Below, piece after piece: positions 12,501 through 21,219 of a DNA stretch of 64,000 nt. Each line of letters begins with the position of its first letter. The stretch's first letter is position 1. This stretch comes from Mobula birostris (Eukaryota), in the NCBI RefSeq assembly GCF_030028105.1, contig NC_092396.1, forward strand, positions 25,299,474 through 25,363,473. Direction: 5' to 3'. Made by a program: the position numbers and the translations under genes. The notes under the pieces are model-generated. The model did not search any database. It was not told the DNA's origin and worked only from the letters and a program-made list of their open reading frames with translations.

Positions 12501-15500
12501 AGGATCTAAAATATGATATGGGTGCTGAAGCAGGACTCCTATATCATAATAGTATGAAAGACACTCTGCCCCAGAAAAGAAAAATGGAAGAAGACAGGTA
12601 AGGAATACTTATGCCTTTACATGGGTTTTAAAATATTTCCTGGATAGAATCTAATCAACAGTGACTGTCAAGGGATACTTTGCACACAAGATGACAATAA
12701 GTTTCCCAAGTTATTTAATGAGCAAACATTGTACACACAGCACTAGTCTCAGACAGCCCAAAAAAATACACCAACTTAGAGAAGTGCAGATGAATGGATA
12801 TGTTGGACAAATGCATGATGTTAAATGTATTACTTAATAAGAGTATAGACTTTAAAATAACTAGTAGTATTTATTTTTAAAAATATGAAAGTGCAAGCTT
12901 CTCAGGATGTTAGGTAGTAACTATCTCACACATCCAATGTTGGGTCTGCTTGTATCTGCCATGTTATTAGTAGTTTGGAATGGTAACCACATTTATAGAT
13001 GTCGCTAAAAAGGGAGGTATTGTAATCCTGGGAATAACAGTAGCTGCCATCTTTATAGTTTAAAAAAATGTAGTGTTTAGTGTTGTAAACAAAAAAAATC
13101 ACTTTATGAGTGGAGAAAACAGTTCATGTTATAATTACTCAACGTTTCTTCAGTTTGATTCTCTGGTAAGGTTGAAATTACACCATATCAGAGAGAGAAT
13201 CGGGTAACAATGTAAGAAAAAACATAACTTGAGGACGAGTTTGTTCTAATTGTATTAGTTTTTTTAATTTATACTTCCTTGTTCATGATTGCCTCTGTGT
13301 CTTTTATTTTGTGATGCTACCTGCTTAAGTATTTTTGAACATGCAAAAAGTGAGCAGGGTTTCCTTAAAGGGAAATCTTGCCTGACCAATCAGTTGGAAT
13401 TCTTTGAGGAAATAGTAGATAGGATGAACAAAGGAGAGTCAACGGATGTTGTTTACTTAGGTTTTCAGATGACCTTTGACAAGTAGCCGCACATGAGTTT
13501 GCTAAGCAAGATTAGAGCCCGTGGTATTACAGGGAAGATACTAGCATGGGTAGAAGATTGGCTAACTGAAATGAGGAAGAGAGGAATAAAGGGGGCCATT
13601 TCTAGTTGGCTGCCGGTGACTAGCAGTGTTCCGCAGGGATTAGTGTTGGAACATCTTTTTACATTATATATTAATGATCTGGATGGCAGAATTGATGGCT
13701 ATGTGGCCAAGTTTGTGGACAATAGAAGATAGGTGGAGGGGTTGACGGTATCAAGGAAGAAGGGACTACAAAAGGATTTGGACAGGTTAGGAGAATGGGC
13801 AAAGAAGTGACAGATGGAATACAGCGTAAGGTTATGTACTTGGGTAGAAGAAATAAAGTTGTAGACCAGTGGTTCTCAACCTTTTTCTACGTGTGCCCCA
13901 CTTGTGACTTCCATTTATTTCTGCGGGTCCCACCCTCCATTAGTTGCTAAAGTTTTTTTTGGTCGAATGTACTAATTATTCTAATATATAGTCAATGTTT
14001 ATGTTTTAACAGGCTGTAGGTACTGTATGTTAAATATAATGTTACAAGTGTATTTGGAAAATAAAACTATTTCAAAGCTCTGAATAGTATACTTTAATTA
14101 TAATATATAAAATTCTTCCAAGCACCAGTGAAAAACCACTTAATATTGTCACTTGAAGTATTTAGTGAGATCCTTGTGACTGATGCAACCTAGCAAGTTT
14201 TTGAATATCTGATTGCGACTTGGTTAAAGATTATTGAAAATTACCTTTGATTATGTGCTTTTAATAGTTTGACTGAAACCATGTTCAACTAGATACGAAG
14301 CAGGAAATCCAATTAAAACAACTGGTTGTTTCTGGCAGATGACCCCACAGCAGTAACTGCATCCTTCATGCCACGTTCTATATATTTTATAACACGCACA
14401 GGTCAGTGGAAGGCAAACAAAATCAGCCTCCTGCAGCATATTCGCTGATTGGCCTTGCTACAGACAGCCTCGTCCAATCTGTAATTTGTGATTTGGAGGT
14501 GGATTTGGTGTGGGGCAGGCTAGGCTACCTCATTTGCATCATCTAGCATATTTTCCCATTCATTTCATTCAGTTGATTTAGATAATCCTCTTTTTAAATT
14601 TATGTATTTTAGTAATTTTCCATTAAGACAGTAAACTTGTCATGGTGCATTCAGAAACTCCTGTCACTGTTAGTTTCTTGTTTCTTACTTGTGGCCCCTT
14701 GGGAGGCCATATGGGTCACGTTGCTCAGAGAACCACTGCTCTAAGCAATGGAGCTCCACTCTGACGTGTTTATGTCCCAATGCTTTAACACTGGGTTTTA
14801 TGTTTCAGTAATGAGAACACTGCCACGGTACGGGAAATGCTTGGTGCAGATGAAAAGAGAAAGATTACTTATCAGGTATCTGAATTGCTTCTAACTTTTT
14901 TTTTCTCCTTCCAATATTTTTATGATTAATTTTACGTTAGAATACAGAGTACAAGAAAATATATATCAATACATTATATTAATTATAACTTTGTCATAGT
15001 TTGCTATTTTCTGCTTTACTTTAAAGTAAATTTATTATCAAAGTACATACAGTACTGTGCAAAAGTCTTACTATATATAGCCAGGGTGCCTAAGACTTTT
15101 GCCTAAGATATTTGTCAATGTGGAGCGGAAGCTGGCATTGTTAATCTGGCTGAGGCAGGTGCTGGAGCAGACACACACAGCCCTGAAACACCAGGCAAGA
15201 TCATTTGATTCCAAACAATTTGTTTATTGATCATTACAGAATATCTCTTTTGCGCTTCCCCGCTTCCCCGCTCCCTCCCCTCTCCCTTCCCTTTTTCCAA
15301 ATCATGATTTCCATCTCCCTGCCCACCTTCCCACTCTCAGTCCACAATAGACACCATATCAAAATTAGGTTTATAGGTTTATCGTTACTCACAAATGTCA
15401 TGAAATCAGCTCGAAATGTCGACTGTTTATTCTTGTCCATTGATGCTGCCGGGCCTGCTGAGTTCCTCCAGCATTTTGTGTGTATTGTCATGAAATTTGT

Positions 15501-18500
15501 TTTTTTTTGCAGTAGCAGCAGCAGTAAGTGCAATACATAAAACTACTATAGTACCTGTGTAAAAGTCTTAGGCACCCTAGTCATATATATGTTAAGATAA
15601 TTGTACAGTACTGTACATATGTACAACCCTGAGATTCATTTTCTTGAGGGCAACGGAAAACACAATAGACAGACAAACAACCAAACTAGAGAGAACAACA
15701 AACTGTACAAATACAAAAAGAAAGAAAAAAAATAATAATAAATATATAAATATCGAGAACATGAGATGAAGAGGAGTTTTCTAATCTTTTTATTCAGGGG
15801 CCATCTCATTTAATAGAATTTCCCATGTTCCATGAGTTTGACCATTTTTTTAAAATACTACCCTTAATCTTTATCAAAAAGGAGTGCAGTTGATACTAGC
15901 TTGGATGTTGTTGCTTTATAATGTGATACTGGAAGCTAATCATTATGTATGAGGTTCTTTGTGGCGAATCCTAAATCGGCATGTACAAACTAACATACTT
16001 AATACATACAATCCAATCAAAACTGCATAATAAAATTGATTCTGTATCAGCTTTTGGCTTTACCTACTGATCAATGTCACTGAGTACTTTGGAGATTATC
16101 ATGCATATTGCTGCTTGAGTTTTTATTTACAACATAAAAGAAACAATTTACTAACCAATTTGATCTTGGTACCCATCTTTCTCTACGAATCTACAGATAA
16201 TTTTCCTACAAGTATTCAGTTTTCTGTTAACTACCATTCTGTTCTTGTATTATTTATCTTGCTTTTTTGGTTAGAAGTTCCCTTTCTGTTAACTATTTTC
16301 AGCATGGCTGTGGAATTATTCATAAATATTTATCATACATCCACATTTTTGGTTTGCAATTGCTGTCTGTTTTGGGCTGATTTCACCAAGCTCTGGCCTT
16401 GGTTCCCACACCTTTCCCTTTGTAGAAATGTATCTGGCTTGTACTTAAAACAGTTTCTCTTTAAATATCTCTTACTGATCCGTTACAAAGAACTGCTGTT
16501 CTTTGTTTTCCCTTTACTTTGGCCAGATAATCTTCCATACTTTCAAAGCTGGGCTTTGAGTTAAAGAGCTCTACTATATATTAACCAGTGCTCTTCTGTT
16601 ATATGAGCAGTGCTTCCAAAATGTTGTCCCACTTGACTTGCCACATTCTCCTGATTTGTGTGAAAGTATTTTGATTCCTTGCCCTTTAATGTTATATCTG
16701 TTAGTCATTATTGGGTAATTGAAGTATCTCAATGTCACCTGCTGTTTGATTTCCTTGCAATTTGCTGCTGTTGCCATTAGATGGCCTATTAAAATATTCA
16801 GAGTGACATAATTGCAATCTTACTTCTTTTTAAATTATTATTATTAATCATGTATTAACATATTCTTAATCTTATTATATTTTCCTATTATTTCATGCTA
16901 GTTCCCAGTGCACTTGCCAATGTTGTGTGAACTCTTCACGGCCTCATTATTAAATCGAACTAGCAGGCCTGACCTATTAAGCTGCATTTCATACATCTTG
17001 AATAGATCACCTCTGTGAAGGAAATGGTCCCAGTGCCCCTAGAATCAGAAGCCCTCTCACTTGTGTCATGTTTTTAATCATGTCGAATTTGTTTAATTTC
17101 CTCAAGTCCTCAAAGTCTGACTATAAAGCTTCCAATTGCTGCCCTATATTCTTTGTACTGAAAGTGTATTATACTTGTCTCTTTCATTGTCTCTGTGTCC
17201 AACATCTTTCCCTTCCTCCTGACAGAATATTGGAACCCTTACCCTAGTGGTAGGCTGGAAACGCTGCAAGCATTAAGTGTCAGTTTGAGTATGGCATATA
17301 CCCCAAAGATTCCTCCACTCACACTCTCTGCCTTCCCCTTGAATGCCCACACACATAACATCCTGAACGCACTCTGCCTGCCTGCAGGTTGACCATCTGT
17401 TGAGCTTGATCTTGAGGTTTGATTACCTGGAGACTGTTTTGGATATCTTTTTCTAGGAACAGAATATTTGATTATAATGATCAATTATTGTAACCCCGCC
17501 ATAATTTTCTCCAATTACTCACTAAACTTTGCATGGCAATCACAGATCGCCAAAAATAAGGGTCTCACACCCAAAAGGAAGAAGATTGACCGTAATCCTC
17601 GAGTCAAGCACAGAGAGAAATTCAGACGAGCCAAAATCCGACGGAAGGGTCAGGTAAGTGAAAGAGTTGCTAAGATTTTATTTTTGATTTAGGGTCATCA
17701 ATGTCCTGTAAACATCAGACAGAATGTTGGGCGCCACAGTAGCGTAGCTTTTAGCGCGATGCTATTACAGATCAGGACATTCTGGAGATCGGAGTTCGAT
17801 TCTGGCACCGTTCCGTCAGGAATCTCTGTCCATCCTTCCCGTGGAATGCGAGGGTTTTCCTCGTGCTTCGGTTTCCTCCCACAATCTAAAGGCTTAATCT
17901 GGTAGGTTAATTGGTCATTGTAAATTGTTCCATGATTAGGTTAAGGTTAATTGGGGTTATGGGGTTGCTGGGGCAGTGTGGCTCAAAAGGCAGGAAGGGC
18001 TGATTCTGCACTGCATCGCTGAATAAATAAATAACTATTTTAAGTGTCTCAGTTATTAAATTACCTGCAAAAGGAGACATCACATATTCTTAAATGAATA
18101 ATACTAGAAATGGCTCCCTTGATATTTCCATGAGAGCATTGGTCAAAGTGTGTATAATACAATAAGGAATACAGTGCAATATTTTAAAATAGTACAGAAT
18201 CTAATATTAAACATATCTGTTTTAAATATTCAATCAGAAAAAAACTATGTAATTGTTTAAGGTGAGAACCCATCACAGCACAGTAAGGGGAAAAACAAGC
18301 CTATATGAATGTGGGCGCGACATCAATCAACTTTCGTACCTTCCAGGGCAAAGCAGCTCCCTTGATTAGCTCCCATTTATTACCCTAAACAGTTCATTGT
18401 TAGTGCCTGATGGCTGCAAAATGACTTGCATCAGGAAACAAATTGCCAAGTCTTTGACACACCAAGCTGCAGCTTCAACCACTTACGAGGACAAGGGCAT

Positions 18501-19999
18501 AGCCACATTGGAATGCTTGGGAATTCTCCAGATCAAACACAATATTAGGATATGTCCACACTACGCCGGATAATTTTGAAAACGAAGCTTTTTCTTCGTT
18601 TTGACCTTCTGTCCACACTGAAACGGCATTTTCAGCCCCCGAAAACGGAGATTTTCAGAAACGGTCTCCAGAGTGAATAAATCTGAAAACGCCTAATATC
18701 CGTTGCAGTGTGTACGGGGTAACCGGAGCTTCTTAAAACTGCTGTCATGACGTGCCGGAACAGATGGCAACAGCGTGGCATTTCATTGTTTTCTTCTTAT
18801 TCTTCTTCTTATTATTACTACTTTATTGTCGCCAAACAATTGATACTAGAACATACAATCATCACAGCGATATTTGATTCTGCGTTTCGCAGAACCTAAC
18901 AATTTCTGAACAGACTGCAACGAGACTGAAGCCAGAAACGTTAGAAATGTACTCACCAAATACTTTGACCCATAGCTTACTGAATAAATAAGTATACTCA
19001 CGTTGCCCTGTTTTCTGTCCTTGCTTGTATGAAAGTGCTTTACCTATTTATGCAAGTACTTCTCTGACAATAGATGTGTAACAGCCTAATGTAACATTGT
19101 ATGGAAATACAAGATAACACTGATGCAGACATGTTTTGTACATTTAACAAGGTGCTTTATTAATGCAACAGAGTTAGTCAGTTTTTCAATGTTCGTCATC
19201 AGCCGGGTAATACTGTCCATGAACTCCCTGTTGGTTGCCTCCATATGCTCCAGTATTTGTTTTTTTTAGTTTTAAGTCCTCCTGCGCGAGAGCCAAGAAC
19301 AATTCCTTTTAAGTTTTTCTACTCTGTAACTGGACAAATGCGCACCACGTATACCATTTCCTTTTCGCTTGTTTTTTGTGTGTCCTGCGCATGCCCAGTA
19401 GGAGGAGATTCGCCCAAATATCCGTCTAATGTGGACAGTTATTTTGAAAAATGCTTAGTGTGGACGCCTGTCGTTTTTACTTGAAACTGGCGTTTTCAAA
19501 ATTATCCGGCGTAGTGTAGACGTAGCCTCAGTCTCCTTCATTGTCTCAGGGTCCAACATCTGACATCCTTTTCAGATGGCAGCAGCTTGCCAGAATATTG
19601 GGGATAGGTTATAAATTGCCATTGAGAACAAATGGTCGTCCAGTTTTCCCACTGAATTCTACATGGAAGCTTTTGGTGATGCCACACTATTTGTGAATGA
19701 CTTTGAAATTTACACTGAATCTGTTTCTTGCAATTAAGTTGGTAACTATGTCCTAAAGTATTAGACTTCAATGGTAAAGGAATGTCAGGTTTTTCAGATT
19801 CCTCCCCCCACCCCACCCCACCCCATTTAAAGGCATAGAAATCCACAGAATGCTTTTTACAATAGTGAGATCTTGATTGATAAGAGTTTTTATACATCAC
19901 TTTTAATAGGTGCGAGAGGTCCGCAGAGAGGAACAGCGATATAGCGGTGAGCTGTCAGGTATCCGGGCTGGAGTTAAGAAGAGCATCAAGCTTCATTGA
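449..19999 (+). CDS. UTP3: UTP3/SAS10 small-subunit processome component, multi-exon, 5'-partial (start exon lies upstream of window)
   Basis: 14 exons with AG acceptors, GT donors (one possibly GC) and consistent phases: 449-505, 1118-1174, 3194-3338, 3559-3633, 6600-6721, 8576-8728, 9702-9773, 9870-9910, 11244-11340, 11752-11931 (or 11925), 12479-12597, 14809-14875, 17546-17653, 19910-19999 = 460 aa + TGA. Recognisable motifs: AWGQKKKSYYNTDY, KKESPELLELIQD, YLNYCTNISFYLVLKAKRIPVQNHPVIERL (Sas10/Utp3/C1D domain) and C-terminal Sas10 domain ITYQIAKNKGLTPKRKKIDRNPRVKHREKFRRAKIRRKGQVREVRREEQRYSGELSGIRAGVKKSIKL. Confidence 0.95.
1118..1174 (+). CDS. UTP3: UTP3 exon (KLLAGGLTRDNLSEDSLDE)
   Basis: polypyrimidine tract + cag| acceptor, |gtgtgt donor; phase 0/0 fits neighbours. 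Confidence 0.7.
1819..2471 (-). mobile_element. Non-autonomous retroposon family A, copy 1
   Basis: Homologous to 52698-53376 and 55291-55846; (TCTAA)n tail; flanking TGTAAT direct repeat at 1813-1818 and 2472-2477. Confidence 0.85.
3194..3338 (+). CDS. UTP3: UTP3 exon, acidic tract
   Basis: aacag| acceptor, EEVMPLDLPDSDDEDD...SDLEGKSEE, G|gttggt phase 1. Confidence 0.9.
3559..3633 (+). CDS. UTP3: UTP3 exon (LPSALAWGQKKKSYYNTDY)
   Basis: ttttgcag| and |gtaagt; conserved WG...YY motif. Confidence 0.92.
3650..5800 (+). mobile_element. Degenerate CR1 LINE (ORF1 esterase, APE endonuclease, start of RT)
   Basis: ORF track peptides GLYYRP..., VVMGDFNF, IKENLKAFYTCIKSKR; ORF1-like IGTNDVG; many stops and frameshifts. 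Confidence 0.85.
6600..6721 (+). CDS. UTP3: UTP3 exon (EEEEQEAINIQKRLAENLSEDDFG)
   Basis: ttgcag| and cag|gtaact; conserved EEEEA..IQKRL motif. Confidence 0.92.
6945..7241 (-). mobile_element. tRNA-derived SINE with probable RTE-type tail
   Basis: Minus strand: A box GTGGCCAAGTGG (7240-7229), B box GTTCGAGCC (7194-7186), central TCCTTGAGCAAGGCACTTAACC, ends GAGACTAACGGATGCC-like followed by AT-rich tail. Confidence 0.75.
7380..7623 (-). mobile_element. Probable RTE-type LINE 5' fragment
   Basis: GC-richer segment resembling RTE 5' UTRs seen in elasmobranch DNA; recognition from memory only. Confidence 0.4.
8086..8145 (+). repeat. 28-bp tandem duplication
   Basis: GTCTACCCAAAAGGCATCTTCATTTGAA repeated twice, second copy with an extra CATT. 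Confidence 0.85.
8576..8728 (+). CDS. UTP3: UTP3 exon (KEKLKLLKKESPELLELIQDFKAK)
   Basis: catag| and aag|gttggc; conserved ESPELL motif; missed by ORF track. Confidence 0.92.
9702..9773 (+). CDS. UTP3: UTP3 exon (LVELKDELQPLMELVQSGRIPAEK)
   Basis: ttgcag| and aag|gtatgc. Confidence 0.9.
9870..9910 (+). CDS. UTP3: UTP3 exon (DVQYVQTKYHLYLN)
   Basis: cacag| and |gtaagt, phase 2. Confidence 0.9.
11244..11340 (+). CDS. UTP3: UTP3 exon (YCTNISFYLVLKAKRIPVQNHPVIERLLSYRN)
   Basis: tacag| and |gtgagt; Sas10/Utp3/C1D domain. Confidence 0.95.
11752..11931 (+). CDS. UTP3: UTP3 exon (LINDLPLVDVEL...QKTKVK)
   Basis: ttctag| acceptor; donor either AAG|GCAAGT (11931) or AAA|GTAAAG (11925), both phase 0. 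Confidence 0.8.
11962..12170 (+). mobile_element. Probable RTE-type LINE 5' fragment
   Basis: CTGGTCCTC...GGCTAACAACCC motif typical of RTE 5' regions, internally deleted. Confidence 0.45.
12479..12597 (+). CDS. UTP3: UTP3 exon (VTGEEMSKDLKY...QKRKMEED)
   Basis: tgtag| and ag|gtaagg; phase 0/2 fits next exon. Confidence 0.75.
13350..13866 (+). mobile_element. CR1 RT fragment
   Basis: GFLKGKSCLTNQLEFFEE, SSVPQG, YINDLD, AKFVD. Confidence 0.85.
13867..14738 (-). mobile_element. Non-autonomous hAT (Charlie/Buster-like) DNA transposon
   Basis: TIRs CAGTGGTTCTC / GAGAACCACTG; minus-strand remnant LIGFPASYLVEHGFS resembling the hAT C-terminal dimerisation region. Confidence 0.75.
14809..14875 (+). 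CDS. UTP3: UTP3 exon (...ADEKRKITYQ)
   Basis: tttcag| and cag|gtatct; KR-ITYQ start of Sas10 C-terminal domain. Confidence 0.9.
15020..15775 (-). mobile_element. Rex1/Babar-type 3' tail interrupted by a Tc1-like element
   Basis: TTTATTATCAAAGTACATA...TACAACCCTGAGATTCATTTTCTTG, the same tail as 28490-28890 and 44690-45180. Confidence 0.7.
15050..15613. mobile_element. Tc1/mariner-like non-autonomous element
   Basis: TA|CAGTACTGTGCAAAAGTCTTA ... TTGTACAGTACTG|TA; additional internal TIR copies. Confidence 0.65.
17546..17653 (+). CDS. UTP3: UTP3 exon (IAKNKGLTPKRKKIDRNPRVKHREKF...)
   Basis: cacag| and cag|gtaagt; Sas10 C-terminal domain. Confidence 0.97.
17729..18033 (+). mobile_element. V-SINE-like tRNA-derived SINE
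   Basis: A-box-like TAGCGTAGC, B box GTTCGATTC, V-domain GGTTTCCTCCCACAATCTAAAG, (AAAT)n tail. Confidence 0.75.
18548..19527. mobile_element. PIF/Harbinger-like non-autonomous DNA transposon
   Basis: ~37-bp TIRs GGATATGTCCACACTACGCCGGATAATTTTGAAAACG / CGTTTTCAAAATTATCCGGCGTAGTGTAGACGTAGCC; flanks TTA / TCA (3-bp TSD with one mismatch). Confidence 0.75.
19910..19999 (+). CDS. UTP3: UTP3 last coding exon (VREVRREEQRYSGELSGIRAGVKKSIKLH*)
   Basis: aatag| acceptor, TGA at 19997-19999. Confidence 0.97.
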   Translation: MREVRREEQRYSGELSGIRAGVKKSIKLH

Positions 20000-20886
20000 T
20001 CTTGCTTCTGTATCAGATATCTTCAATTTGGTAATTAATGTATCAGCTACTCTGCCTCTAAAGATTTTGTAAAGATTTTGTATTTTACAGTTTATAAATT
20101 TACTAAAACAGACGTACCATGAATGGACTCACGGATAATGTAATTATAAGCTATTAAATTATTTGTGCATCCAAGGGTGATTTTTTTTACAGTTGTATTC
20201 AATACCATAGATTTGCCCTCTTCCATAAGAACTAGCATCTTGAAATATGTTAATACACATATTCCTACCACTATTGCTGACAGAACAATGAGGAAAGATA
20301 GCAATGAATGGATAGGAATATTTTAATTCCCATCTTGTACAGTGCATATTTAATACAACCGAGTTGGTGTGTCGTGACAATTATCAAAGAAGGGAAATTA
20401 GACAGTAAACTAGGTACACATTGCTTTATTTAATATCAGGGTTAAGATATCTATTGTATTCACCAGCCTCTACAACTATGAAATATTTGAAGACTGATAG
20501 ATTAATATTCTGAAGTTCACATCTCATTAACTATATTGATAGCTTTACTCCCAACCAATGATATTGAACCATTTCAATAGTGAAAAAAGCAACATTGTGC
20601 TCTCCTCAGTTATAAGAAGTTCCATCTGTTTAACAATAAGATCCCATGTTGCTTTTTAATTGGGCATTAGCAGGATCAAGGAGGAACTTTAAAACATGTT
20701 TTCTGCTCAGATTTAGAATTATCCCAGACAACAAAAGTTAAGTACATTTAAAAAGAACATTAAACAAAACACCAGTTCTCCCAGCTGGCTTTATTCACAT
20801 TTGCAAGATTTTGTCCTTTTGTTCCATTCATTCCAATAGTTCATTCTATCAACATAACTGTTCCCCATACATCTCCAATACAATAC

Positions 20887-21219
20887 TTATTCAGGATTTG
20901 TGCTCTTTTCTATAAAATTAGTTTGACATTCACTTAAATGTTCCACAATCTTCTCTTCAATTTCTCGGTGTTGCTTCACTTCCTTCTCTGAAAGTGCTAG
21001 ATCAATTTGGGAATCCTCGGTGACTATGAGTACATACACCCTCCGTGATTCAAGAATATTGGCAACAACAACCTGATGTCTGTAAGTTGCTAAAGCTTTA
21101 CGTGCTCGAGCAACCAGCTGTGACGAGTCAGTCTCCAACTTGAAGGATGTGACAAATGCATGAGGAGCCCAGTCCTTCACAAGAGGAGCAAGCATCTTGG
21201 GTACCATTTGCATAGTTAA
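20887..21219 (-). CDS. PPCS: PPCS exon 3 to stop
   Basis: ttttag|LTMQMVPK...STNPE*. Confidence 0.95.
   Translation of the reverse strand, partial: LTMQMVPKMLAPLVKDWAPHAFVTSFKLETDSSQLVARARKALATYRHQVVVANILESRRVYVLIVTEDSQIDLALSEKEVKQHREIEEKIVEHLSECQTNFIEKSTNPE

Noticed and set aside
16115-16564. 149-aa hydrophobic ORF in a UTP3 intron
   Set aside because: T-rich composition, non-ATG start, no motifs; probably the antisense strand of a very old LINE.
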